From IMG/VR virus record IMGVR_UViG_3300022822_000008: a DNA stretch of 64,000 bases; one strand, 5' to 3'. Shown in pieces: positions 38,901 to 47,800 of the stretch. This DNA is from a virus. Lineage: Duplodnaviria > Heunggongvirae > Uroviricota > Caudoviricetes. The notes under the pieces are model-generated. The model was not told the origin of the DNA. It ran no database searches and saw only the letters and a program-made list of their open reading frames with translations. Within the stretch, counting starts at the first letter, position 1; each line of letters opens with the position of its first letter. The position numbers and the translations under genes are program-made.

Positions 38901-39790
38901 CAGAAGAAGTTGTAAGATTCGTGAATGCTGAATTTAGGTTTTACGATGTTGCATTAACGAGACGTGATGCTGGTAATTTGATTACGACACTTGCAAACGA
39001 CTTTAGAGTAGATAATCCAGTCTTTAATACATTTGGTTCACAGAAGGCCACAAGAACGTTTGCTGCTGGTTTTTTTGGCTATGATGGTACTCATGTTTTC
39101 CCAGTGTTCAATCCTGAAAAATCAGGCCTTAAATTTATGGGAAGCGTAGAAGGTACTGGTGGTCTGCCAACGTCGGATCGAAAAGCAAATCACGCTTATA
39201 TTGTAGTTGATGTTAATGGATTAAATACCAACTTCTATGATGGTTTAATATATTATTGGGATCAAGATCCTGCTGGCGATGGTTCGCAACCTGCAAACTG
39301 GGTCTTGGATGGGCCAAACAACACCGAACTTCTTGAAGCGTTTTACCTATCATGGAAAAGAATGCAACAATTTATGGAAGAAAATTATCTTGGTAGTTTA
39401 ACTGGGTCTCCTGACTCTGCAAGTATAAATATGTTATCGGGGTTAGTTGATGATGTTTTAGTTGCTGGATTATTGACTCCATCGCTATTGACATTCGGAA
39501 GTCTTGTTGAATCTATTGCTCACCAGTTTAACGGAGCATCTGCGGGTGTAAACAGAACTGCATTGCCTTTAAACTTTAGAAACATAGGTCAACCAATATC
39601 TGCATCAGCTTCAGTATTATCGGAAGATGGAGGACGGGTAAGATGGTCGGGTTCAGATGAATTAAACAACCAATACTTTGCTCGTGGGTTGAAAATAAAC
39701 GGACGAACAGGCCGAATTGAAGGTAGACCATTTACATCATCTGTACGAAAACTTGCAAGACGTGCTGCAAATAGCAGAGCAAATATATAA
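32966..39790 (+). CDS. Giant virion protein: beta-helix regions plus 10 tandem phycobiliprotein-like (C-x-R-D) helical repeats
   Basis: N-terminal KITEL...DLFVVV...TKNIT anchor, VYVSTSGDD..PGT..QP.RTLKRA beta-helix start, repeats KCxRDxGY.IDA...D..YxGN every 139-161 aa. Confidence 0.8.
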   Translation: MSKITELGPITGSNTRPEDLFVVVNLVQGDDGTKNITRRELVQAIQFEDFNRISITGGSIENVEISSSDFNDGTILNTSATNLEMTESVFDLGDITNSDFSSGQLDDVDGDDVRLVNSTVDDSTLDNVIVTNASVADSAISTSAIELSEFNNGIGILNEFTDTILDSGTIENFDIANTSFSEGTISNSSANDIILTNSKASNTEITDSTFSEGIIKSSELVDFDMNLENSFEPNLDENSYFALKNAKTGETEQITYKQFFDEISKTTESALTVYVSTSGDDTYPGTILQPVRTLKRAGEIALEKAGGSYDRNDINNAIHISVGPGTYYLRESVPIPDDCAITSSSGQYATVIEMEKGYEKTNGILVGSGCYVQGFGFQNFEIDNFDYPERGFAVAYRPGALLRRSPYMRDSSQLSNFKRADVEPPLQPFNSKGTVADLGNMLTLDGAYSGSFEVDDEVTFSSGAFGYISRIDELIADNVIYIRNLRGNVNAGDLILTNFGASGVVLELGEEDFPNKLVGRGGGVVLADRRQLDPDSLYSYFLCFGATPRTQNGMGYVARDGAGVNGIGSLSIFVRCAFYALNGGQMTLNNSGTQFGDISMRAKGSTEVYQPKTTNVEVVQNTTFADNIEANKDDIIDDLIEYLDKDLGYTGYSAEKCERDTGIIVNNLGYDIALDTNYWGRLNGISYRSPISYTVVNEQLTETTAAINHLETQITNIFQNADAEINSRSSRSFTEMLNVLNNGEGSASPIIFTDTGDIAKTAARTLIQDNKALIAGELIDWIENNENFFAYNSIKCRRDTTDYILPAVKYDVLLETNYNSITAGNAYYMATASKVIGSQKNETVGAYKRLKDQTNEVLDATGSFIAADRADDAFDNIINALEVGPTNEITFSDNVGINVDQLNARRQIQTNKIHIQDTVIDYINSTYFIYDSKTCARDVGDYILPAVQRDLLLGTNFNAIQSGVAYYAATANQVITEELPQTIAAVTELKSLVGTIVAADTPSLNRTDASFDELIDIMTNGTTAADAITWSDPALISVTVNGQFARERLQTNRLFIQQENIAWLEDNYPELVYDSALCQRDVGYVIDAISKDLEYSGNANTVKAIEYYFTNAINILPADQRDPTKESFRHLATVVQDVIVNTTVVPVSAISESQDLGGTPSAGAVSIDASNLVLLIANTVDDTDLVLPTLVNNIADSNRTFARKILQNNKSFLQEEVIKYLEDRFFTFNGEKCSRDIGHILDAVKRDMLTGSNFNSIFAGLAYRSGTVGSNLVIDEQLTETANAIEFVRDNVTSTITDLSARTRATNAFNELIQIMTLGSSNADLIQYGTSSVSGNSLNGQTQLQRNKEFLQAEAIAFITQTYPSLSYDSAKCSRDVGYLIDSVSFDIQHGSNTASIKNAIIYFENAVSVLPLDQRAPTAATFAHIASVANLVVQETIVSPTSGNSVVQDTAAGSAGAVIGTQVELLVNIVSDAVTAGDLNSLPSVIEPSAVYDANYVNAVSEINAITESQKTDVITYISNNFNGLAYDEAKCRRDVGFIVDALSHDVQYNGNATILNSARIYFKNGLNVLPLTQREPTKLALTRLAKVASEVVFNVTVDVSKGNEVAQDISEIATNPDIAKITKDLALIVANITDDATDINLPIRIDPAVTWVSPNYIENKELIEDDVSSLIQSVIDYIATSQNGLSYPENRCRRDLGFIIDAVSHDVQYDGNTATKIVSQIYFENGISVLPQATITQTADIYAYLGGVLSDVIVEDNVGQDVSGTPGTATESSTVISLVQIIENVIRANSLAAIPATVEPTTAWIDADLVTATNAIDTNTTELADDMIEWINTEYKVLDYDKDKCARDSIYLIDAFSFDLNYGGNTASRWNADFYFWNNILRIPEGQREATALSYRQLGKICADVVIGKNANQTTNSELATLVESVKVQDLANIFYETLINSDVKKLSLLEEPDYTWQENQFIGPKTILDARKSALAEEVVRFVNAEFRFYDVALTRRDAGNLITTLANDFRVDNPVFNTFGSQKATRTFAAGFFGYDGTHVFPVFNPEKSGLKFMGSVEGTGGLPTSDRKANHAYIVVDVNGLNTNFYDGLIYYWDQDPAGDGSQPANWVLDGPNNTELLEAFYLSWKRMQQFMEENYLGSLTGSPDSASINMLSGLVDDVLVAGLLTPSLLTFGSLVESIAHQFNGASAGVNRTALPLNFRNIGQPISASASVLSEDGGRVRWSGSDELNNQYFARGLKINGRTGRIEGRPFTSSVRKLARRAANSRANI

Positions 39791-39807
39791 CACAAGGTTA
39801 AAATAAA

Positions 39808-40245
39808 ATGCCACAACCAATTATAATTACTACTTCACAGGCGCCTGACGCGAAACCAGTCGTCGCAAATGTGATGGTGACTACAACAGAAAAAGTATTA
39901 ATATCAGTCCCACAATATGAAGTACCAGAATTAGTCTTTGGCGGTTCTACAGTGATTGAAGATGGCGTCGGTGAAGTTATAAGCCCACTTATATTATGCA
40001 ATGTTACCGCAGCAACAGCAACTGTTGATGTTCGAGCAGAAAGATGGATTTCAAACGGATTCGGCAATACTAGTTTCTACTTCGTAAGACAACTTAAAAT
40101 ACCAGCATATGAAACATTAGCATTACCGCTAAACGGTCAATTTTTCAAATCAGGAGATGAGTTGAGGATAAGTTGCAATACAGATTTTGCAATTAATGCT
40201 ACAATTTCATTCACGTTAGGTCAGTCGGAGGAAAATGATGTTTAA
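39808..40245 (+). CDS. Small beta-sandwich virion protein
   Basis: ILCNVT..TATVDV, IPAYETL, GDELRI; sits between two fibre genes. Confidence 0.65.
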   Translation: MPQPIIITTSQAPDAKPVVANVMVTTTEKVLISVPQYEVPELVFGGSTVIEDGVGEVISPLILCNVTAATATVDVRAERWISNGFGNTSFYFVRQLKIPAYETLALPLNGQFFKSGDELRISCNTDFAINATISFTLGQSEENDV

Positions 40246-43200
40246 AACCTTAAGTGGTAAAAGCACAACCTTAGGACACGGTATACCTCAGGTATTTCCC
40301 ATTCAATTGGATCCATCGCCATATGAAGGTGCTTTGGTCTATGCCGACGACGGGACACTAAAATATTCGAATGGTACTTCTTGGGTTGATATAAGTGGAA
40401 ATGGCTCAGGAGGCGGTGCTGGAGTACAAGGAATACAAGGTGTTGAAGGTGTGCAAGGTGGTTATGGAGCTGGATTTACTATAATTGGTTCTTTATCTGA
40501 TGTGAATGCAGGTGGTACTGCTCAATCAAACCTGAATAGTGCTTTTCCTAGTGCTGAATTAGGTGAAGGCGTCATCGATGATCTACTAGATGAATTGTGG
40601 ATTTATGACGGTTCTGTTTGGGTTAATATTGGTAGCTTTCGTGGCGTTCAAGGTGTTCAAGGTGTTCAAGGTCTGCAGGGGGTTCAAGGTGTAACTGGTT
40701 TCACAGGTATTCAAGGTGAACGTGGTGTTATAGGATTCCAAGGCATCCAAGGCGTTCGAGGTTCTCAAGGCATTCAAGGTGATTTAGGATTTCAAGGTAC
40801 TCAAGGAACTAAAGGAACTCAAGGAGTACAAGGATTCATAGGACTTCAAGGTGATTTTGGTTTGCAAGGCTTTATAGGAGTCAATGCTGGAATTTCAGTA
40901 TCTTATAATTTCAACACTTCATCGATTGCAGACACAGATCCAGGCGACGGATCGTTCCACTTCAATAGATCATTTTCCGAAGCTACAAACGGTAATGATG
41001 GTGCTTGGACTATTCATATAGACGATCTTGATAATGCAAATAATGATATGCAAAAGTTATTTAGAGCATTAAATGCATCGACTAGTCTTAATAAAGGTTA
41101 TGTCAAATTTACATCAACCCAAAATCCAACAATATTTGCAATTTTCTCGTTTCAAGGTATCACTGAAGAACTTGGCTATTTTACTTTCAATGCTGAATAT
41201 ATCGAACATAATACAACAGAACCATATTTTACAAACAATCCTAATAACTGGGTAGTCTCATTTGTTGAAAGTGGAGACCAAGGAATTCAAGGCGTCCAAG
41301 GTGTTCAAGGAACTACAGGTGTACAGGGAACTCAAGGCGTCCAAGGAACTCAAGGAGTTCAAGGCGTTCAAGGCATTCAAGGACCTCAAGGTGTACAGGG
41401 TAATCAAGGAGTTCAAGGTGTTCAGGGATCTCAAGGTGTACAGGGTAATCAAGGCGTTCAAGGCGATTTTGGTGTTCAGGGCGTTCAAGGTGTTCAGGGA
41501 GTTCAGGGTGTCCAAGGTGAGATTGGAGTTCAAGGTGATTTTGGAATTCAGGGCGTTCAAGGTGTTCAGGGTGTCCAAGGTGTTCAAGGTGAGATTGGCA
41601 TTCAAGGAGATTTCGGTGTTCAAGGAATTCAAGGTGTTCAAGGAATACAGGGTGCTCAAGGTGTGCAAGGTATCCAAGGAGATTTCGGCGTTCAAGGCGT
41701 TCAAGGTGTTCAAGGAAATCAAGGTACCCAAGGAATTCAAGGCGTTCAAGGCCAAAGAGGTACAGACGGCGGCGCGCGTAACTACGAAGTAACTAACGAT
41801 CTTTCGGATTCATATATCATCGACGGCGTTTCTAATAATCCAAATGTAAGATTATTAAGAGGTTTTGCTTATCAGTTTACTGTAAATGCAATAGGACATC
41901 CATTCTTTATAAAAACTAACACATCATCTGGAACAAACAATCAATATAATGATGGCGTTACTAATAACGGTGAAGATTCAGGTGTAATATTATTTGAAGT
42001 TCCTATTGATGCACCAGACTTTTTATATTATAATTGTTCTAATCACTCATCAATGAACGGTATTATTGAAATTTATGATTTGGGTCCTCAAGGTGTTCAA
42101 GGAATTCAAGGCACCCAAGGAGTTCAAGGTGATTTAGGATTGACAGGCTCCTTTGGTGGTGTTTCATTTAATTATATATACAGTTCATCTACTGTAGCTA
42201 GTGATCCAGGCGTAGGTAATTTTAGATTAAATAACATAAACTTTTCAAGTGCTACTACGATGTTTATAGATGATCGTGATGTTGGATTTGTAGACCTCCA
42301 ATCATTTTTCAGAACATTGGATGATTCGTCAAGTACAGTAAAAGGTCATGTAAAAATAACCGAAAACGGAAATCCTGCTAATTTTTCATTATTTGAAATG
42401 ACAGGTTCTTTAGAATCTAGCGGTTTCTTTATATTCGACATATCATATTTGAGCGGTGATACTTCCTTAAGTAATGGATTAGACACTATAATAACATTTT
42501 CCAGAACTGGGGATATCGGATTACAGGGTATTCAAGGAGTTCAAGGCGTACAAGGTGTCCAAGGCATTCAAGGCGATTTTGGATTGCAAGGTTCAACTGG
42601 TGCTGGATTACAAGGTGTTCAAGGTGTTCAAGGTATTGAAGGTAACGGAATACAAGGTCCAAACGGCCCACAAGGAATACAAGGCGTTCAAGGAGAAATA
42701 GGAGTACAAGGAGATGAGGGCTTTGGTGTTCAAGGTCCTGCAGGTGCTGGATTTCAAGGCGTTCAGGGTGTTCAAGGTGATTTAGGCGGTGCTGGATTAC
42801 AAGGTGATGTAGGTGGTGCCGGAATTCAAGGCGTTCAAGGCGTTCAAGGTGATTTTGGTATTCAAGGTGATATTGGTATTCAAGGTGTCGATGGAGCAGA
42901 AGGTTTTGGACAACCTGGCATACAAGGAACTCAAGGGACTCAAGGTGTGCAGGGTGATGAAGGACTTCAAGGAGAAATTGGTACCGGACTGCAAGGCGTA
43001 GAAGGCATTCAAGGTGATTTAGGATTTCAAGGTGTTCAAGGAGCGCAGGGTTTCGGAGGTGATGCTGGCGGCCAAGGTATTCAAGGCGATTTCGGTGTCC
43101 AAGGTATTCAAGGTATTCAAGGTCAAATTGGAGCTGTTTCCGCTCAAGGTATTCAAGGCGTTCAAGGTGGATTTGGTTTACAAGGTTCTGATGGTGTTGG

Positions 43201-44437
43201 TGAACAAGGCATACAAGGAAGTATAGGTACCCAAGGCATTCAAGGAAATGTCGGCGCTGGCGAAAACGGTATTCAAGGTGTGCAAGGTGTACAAGGTGAT
43301 ATTGGTGTACAAGGTGATATTGGTATCGGTGAAGGTGGAATTCAAGGAGCTCAGGGGGTTCAGGGAACTTTCGGAATACAAGGAGATACTGGAGAAGGAA
43401 ATCAAGGTGTGCAAGGTGTGCAAGGTGAGATTGGAATACAAGGTCAAGAAGGATTTCAAGGCATACAAGGAATTTCAGGTCCTGATGGATTCCAAGGTAC
43501 ATCAGGCGCAGATGCATTTCAAGGTGTGCAAGGTACAATAGGATTTCAAGGTGTTCAGGGTACAATCGGAGAATCAATACAAGGTAATACAGGCGCAGGC
43601 ATTCAAGGTGTGCAAGGCGTTCAAGGTGTTCAAGGAGATTTAGGATTTCAAGGTACAGCTGGTGATGCAGGTACTGCTGAGGGTGTTGAGTGGATTAACT
43701 TATATGAGACTGGAATACAAGCTACTGAGTTACTAGTTCCTATAATCGACGGCAATCAAACAATTTCTCCTATATATGGAACAGGAGGACCTAACCCATT
43801 TGGTTCTGGATTTAAAAACTTAACGTTTGAACCTAGTCTTAGTAGAATGACTATGGAAAATCTTACCTTGGGCGGAAATTTAGTAGTTGAACCTGGAGGT
43901 ACCATAACAGGAACGCTGGTGAATGAATTTATTAATGCAACAAACACATCTATTAAGACTGCAGGCACAATAAGACTTAATGATGGCGTTTCATTATATT
44001 TCGGTAACGGACAGGATGGACAAATACGAAGTGATGGTGTAAATTTACTTGTGAATAATCCGGTCGGAAGTGATACTTTGTTTACCGAAAATGGTTCTGT
44101 TAAATACACGTTTGAAATGAGTAATGGTGATTTCACAGCTGCGGGTGATGTAACTTCAAATTCTGATTTAAGATTAAAAACAAATATTATTGATATAGAT
44201 AAGGCACTGGAACAAGTACTGAAAATGCGCGGCGTTTATTATACTATGAAATCAAATCCGTCGAACAGAAAAATAGGATTGATTGCTCAAGAAGTAGAAA
44301 ATATTGTACCAGAACTTGTCATTGAAGATAATTCTGATGAAAAAATTAAGAGTGTTGCATATGGAAACATAACTGCATTATTAATTGAAGCGATAAAAGA
44401 ACTTCAAGGACAAATAGATGATTTGAAAGGAGGTTAA
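40235..44437 (+). CDS. Collagen-like (Gly-X-Gln) fibre with a cupredoxin-like domain and C-terminal S74 chaperone
   Basis: Long GVQ/GIQ/GTQ triplet tracts; GHPF...[10 protein letters not shown]; SDLRLKTNI...[13 protein letters not shown]. Confidence 0.88.
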   Translation: MMFKTLSGKSTTLGHGIPQVFPIQLDPSPYEGALVYADDGTLKYSNGTSWVDISGNGSGGGAGVQGIQGVEGVQGGYGAGFTIIGSLSDVNAGGTAQSNLNSAFPSAELGEGVIDDLLDELWIYDGSVWVNIGSFRGVQGVQGVQGLQGVQGVTGFTGIQGERGVIGFQGIQGVRGSQGIQGDLGFQGTQGTKGTQGVQGFIGLQGDFGLQGFIGVNAGISVSYNFNTSSIADTDPGDGSFHFNRSFSEATNGNDGAWTIHIDDLDNANNDMQKLFRALNASTSLNKGYVKFTSTQNPTIFAIFSFQGITEELGYFTFNAEYIEHNTTEPYFTNNPNNWVVSFVESGDQGIQGVQGVQGTTGVQGTQGVQGTQGVQGVQGIQGPQGVQGNQGVQGVQGSQGVQGNQGVQGDFGVQGVQGVQGVQGVQGEIGVQGDFGIQGVQGVQGVQGVQGEIGIQGDFGVQGIQGVQGIQGAQGVQGIQGDFGVQGVQGVQGNQGTQGIQGVQGQRGTDGGARNYEVTNDLSDSYIIDGVSNNPNVRLLRGFAYQFTVNAIGHPFFIKTNTSSGTNNQYNDGVTNNGEDSGVILFEVPIDAPDFLYYNCSNHSSMNGIIEIYDLGPQGVQGIQGTQGVQGDLGLTGSFGGVSFNYIYSSSTVASDPGVGNFRLNNINFSSATTMFIDDRDVGFVDLQSFFRTLDDSSSTVKGHVKITENGNPANFSLFEMTGSLESSGFFIFDISYLSGDTSLSNGLDTIITFSRTGDIGLQGIQGVQGVQGVQGIQGDFGLQGSTGAGLQGVQGVQGIEGNGIQGPNGPQGIQGVQGEIGVQGDEGFGVQGPAGAGFQGVQGVQGDLGGAGLQGDVGGAGIQGVQGVQGDFGIQGDIGIQGVDGAEGFGQPGIQGTQGTQGVQGDEGLQGEIGTGLQGVEGIQGDLGFQGVQGAQGFGGDAGGQGIQGDFGVQGIQGIQGQIGAVSAQGIQGVQGGFGLQGSDGVGEQGIQGSIGTQGIQGNVGAGENGIQGVQGVQGDIGVQGDIGIGEGGIQGAQGVQGTFGIQGDTGEGNQGVQGVQGEIGIQGQEGFQGIQGISGPDGFQGTSGADAFQGVQGTIGFQGVQGTIGESIQGNTGAGIQGVQGVQGVQGDLGFQGTAGDAGTAEGVEWINLYETGIQATELLVPIIDGNQTISPIYGTGGPNPFGSGFKNLTFEPSLSRMTMENLTLGGNLVVEPGGTITGTLVNEFINATNTSIKTAGTIRLNDGVSLYFGNGQDGQIRSDGVNLLVNNPVGSDTLFTENGSVKYTFEMSNGDFTAAGDVTSNSDLRLKTNIIDIDKALEQVLKMRGVYYTMKSNPSNRKIGLIAQEVENIVPELVIEDNSDEKIKSVAYGNITALLIEAIKELQGQIDDLKGG

Positions 44438-44460
44438 AGAATTACTATATGTCCATGTAT

Positions 44461-44468
44461 TATAAATA
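44461..44468 (+). promoter_or_regulatory. T4-type late promoter
   Basis: Intergenic TATAAATA upstream of 44492. Confidence 0.82.
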
Positions 44469-44491
44469 GTTAAAAAATAGAGAGACAAATA

Positions 44492-44821
44492 ATGTCATCA
44501 AGAGCAAATATATACATGGACAGAGGTACGGATTTCAGAGTTAGTCTCGATCTATTCGATTCTATGGATGAAAATTTGGGCATAACAACTTACAATTTCT
44601 TTGCAAGTTTACGCAAAGTGTATTCATCAAGTAACCTAGCTGATTTCTCAGTAGAAAAGGCCGTTTCAACTATAACAATAGTATTGAGTGATCAACAAAC
44701 TTTAGCTTTAAAACCTGGAAAATATCAGTATGATGTTATCATGCAAAAGCAAACAGGTGAGCTAGTAAAAATAGTCGAAGGATTGGCAATTGTAGTAGAT
44801 ACAATGACAGTGGTAACGTAA
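44492..44821 (+). CDS. Small Ig-like (BppU N-terminal-like) virion protein
   Basis: ANIY.D.GTDF, I.L...QT.AL.PGKY.YDV, KIVEG...V. Confidence 0.7.
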   Translation: MSSRANIYMDRGTDFRVSLDLFDSMDENLGITTYNFFASLRKVYSSSNLADFSVEKAVSTITIVLSDQQTLALKPGKYQYDVIMQKQTGELVKIVEGLAIVVDTMTVVT

Positions 44822-47800
44822 ATGTCTGATGATATAATCATTAGAGATCCTAATGTCATCCATGTTGACGTACCAACTATACGCGGTATAAAAGTTAATG
44901 TTGGCTCGTCAACTCAAATAAGATCGGTTCCTCTTCAAGAGACGAATCGCTCTATTGTAGCACCTGGAGAACAGAAACCGACTATAGTACCTGATTCTGT
45001 TGTCTTGGGAATAGACACAATTGGTCATTATGTTGAGACTTTAAATGTAGGTGATGGTTTAATCCTTTCAGGAAATAACGCTACAGAATCTGCAAACCTT
45101 ACAATTTCACATGCAAATACAAGTACAGAGATTAGTACTAGTAATGATATATTTGGTGTATTGGGAAATGTATCAATAGATAAATTCGGACATGTTACTG
45201 AATTTGAAAATAGACAATTCGATACAGACAACTTCACAGCAAACTCCACTATAATTTCTACCCAAGATTTTACATTCGGAACAACAAGTCTTACACTAGG
45301 TGAGTCATCAGCAAATATCGAAGGCCTTGTTTTCGTAGAGACTAATATTCTTAATGCCGATTATATTAACTTATCAAATGGTATCTCATCAGCAAATAAT
45401 AACCTCATTATAACATCTGATATAGTAACAATGAATGGTTCTGGTGCTTTAATTGTGCCGAGTGGAGACGTGACAGAAAGGCCTTCTTTATTGATTGAAG
45501 GTATGATTCGATTTAATACAACAGATCAACGTTTTGAAGGTTATAATGCAATTGATTGGACTGGTTTGGGTGGAGTTTCAGATGTCAATCAAGATACGTT
45601 TATTAGGGCAGAGAATCCAAGTGGATCAAACAATGACGAATTGGAGTTCTTCACAAACGGTGTTAGAAGGTTATTAATTGGATCAAATGGCGATATGTCA
45701 TTTGGATCATTATCATCGAATTTATATCTCTATTATAACACAGGCCAAGTAAATGTCAATGGTTTTCTTACAGTAAATGAAATTAAATTACAAGATGATC
45801 AAATAAGTGCAAACAATAATTTACAATTAAATGCCGTAAATGACTTTAGTATTACTTCAAACGGGTTTAGTTCAATTGCATCTGATGGAGATTTTACTCT
45901 TCTCGCAGATGGTGAAATACTAATATATTCAGATGTCATCAATATTGAGTCTGGCGGCCCGTTAACATTTACAGCAAATGGTTCAATAATATTAGATGGC
46001 GATGGAATAAGTGCCAGTTCTTCAACAATCTCAGATGTCTTAAATCCGGTTTTGCCTCAAGATGCAGTCACTCTAGATTATTTGGAAAATATATTCACTT
46101 TTGAGATTGATGTTGAATATGGCGCGAATACCAAACCGTTAACTTTATCTTCAGCTTCAAATCCTAAGATATTCGCTGGAACTGGTATTAATGCTGATGT
46201 AGCAAACAACACATTAAACCTATCAATAAACGATACTGGCGTAACTCCAGATATCTATGGTAACGACGGATTTGTGCCTAGAATTAGGATCGGGTCAGAC
46301 GGCAGAGTTACTTTTGCAACTGAAGTTCCAATTGAATTGCAGGCAAATGCAATTGTTGATTTCACAGAGACTCTATATGATCTAGTCGGAGAAATGTTTG
46401 TAGGTAATATCGAAGAAGGCATCCACGTCTTTGAAAGTGACGCTTTAAATACTATAAATCTTCGCGTAGATAATTTTTCGGTCGACCTTACTGGTGATAT
46501 TGAAGGTAGTGCCACTGTAGTAAGAGCATCAAATACTACTATCGAGACTGCGATAACTGTCGATTATTTGGAAAGCATTAGTGCTGGTCTTGGTGTCAAT
46601 GTTGATTTCACCTCTGGTATCGCATCTACTGCTGAAATTAGTCATGCGAATACTTCTGACGTTGCTAATACTTCAAATTCAAGTGGTGAGGTTGTTTCGA
46701 ATCTCACGTTTGATGAGTTCGGGCATGTAATAAACACCACCACTGAAGACCTCAATAGTTTATTCTTGGGTCTGGGTGGCGGTACCTTAACCGGCGACTT
46801 ATTAGCACCTAGATTTGTCGACTCAAACAACACTGCATATTATATGGATCCTGCAGGTGCATCAAGAATTAACAGTCTGGTCTTAGGTTTCAATAATGAC
46901 TTTGCAAGACTTGAAATGCGAGACGGTATTGCTACAACATCTGTTATGTTCTCTCAGAACGGCAGAATTGGATTCTTAGGTTCTGATTTTAATTTTGCAT
47001 CATATTCTGAAAGAGCTACCAACAATTGGGTCGTAAGGAATGACGTAAAGGCTTCAAGATTTGTTGATAGAAATGATGAAAACTATTTTATCAATCCTGC
47101 AGGTACTGATTCGATATTATCAGGATTGAATGTAGAAAATTTCATTACAGTTGGTAATGATCTTAGTTTTGCCAATAATACTATATCTGCATCAACTATA
47201 ATTTTTGATTCTAATAATGATATTATAGATGCTGGTGGATCTAGAATATTAAATGTATTGACTCCTACACAAAATACTAATGCAGCAAATAAACTCTATG
47301 TTGATGATGCCATAACCTCAACAGTGAATAATTTTACTGGCGGAAATGGCTTATCTTACGATGCAAATACAACAACCTTTGACGTTAACGTAGATGGAAC
47401 TTCTATTGAGATTGTCAATGATATATTAAGCGTAATTGACGGCCCAGGCTCAAATCTCAATGCAGATTTACTTGACAGTCAACATGGTATCTATTATCTT
47501 AATTATGATAATTTTGCGAATACTCCCAATATATTGGATGCAAATAATGTCACTGATATAATTACCAGTACCTCTATTGATGCGGATTTATTAAACGGCG
47601 AAAATGGTAGTTTTTATCTTGACTTTAATAATTTAACAAATGTACCAGCTGTCGATTCAACTGAAATAAATGCAACCTTAACAGGAAAGGTAACTGGTTC
47701 AGGCGTATCAGCTAATAATGTTTTAACAATAACAACGGAACTAGAAAATACAGGCGTTACTTCAGGAATTTATGGTTCTGCATCTCAAGTACCTATAATT

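Noticed and set aside
40586-43577. Long alternative-frame and antisense ORFs (e.g. 42486..43577, LEHL-rich) in the collagen gene
   Set aside because: By-products of the stop-poor caaggt triplet periodicity
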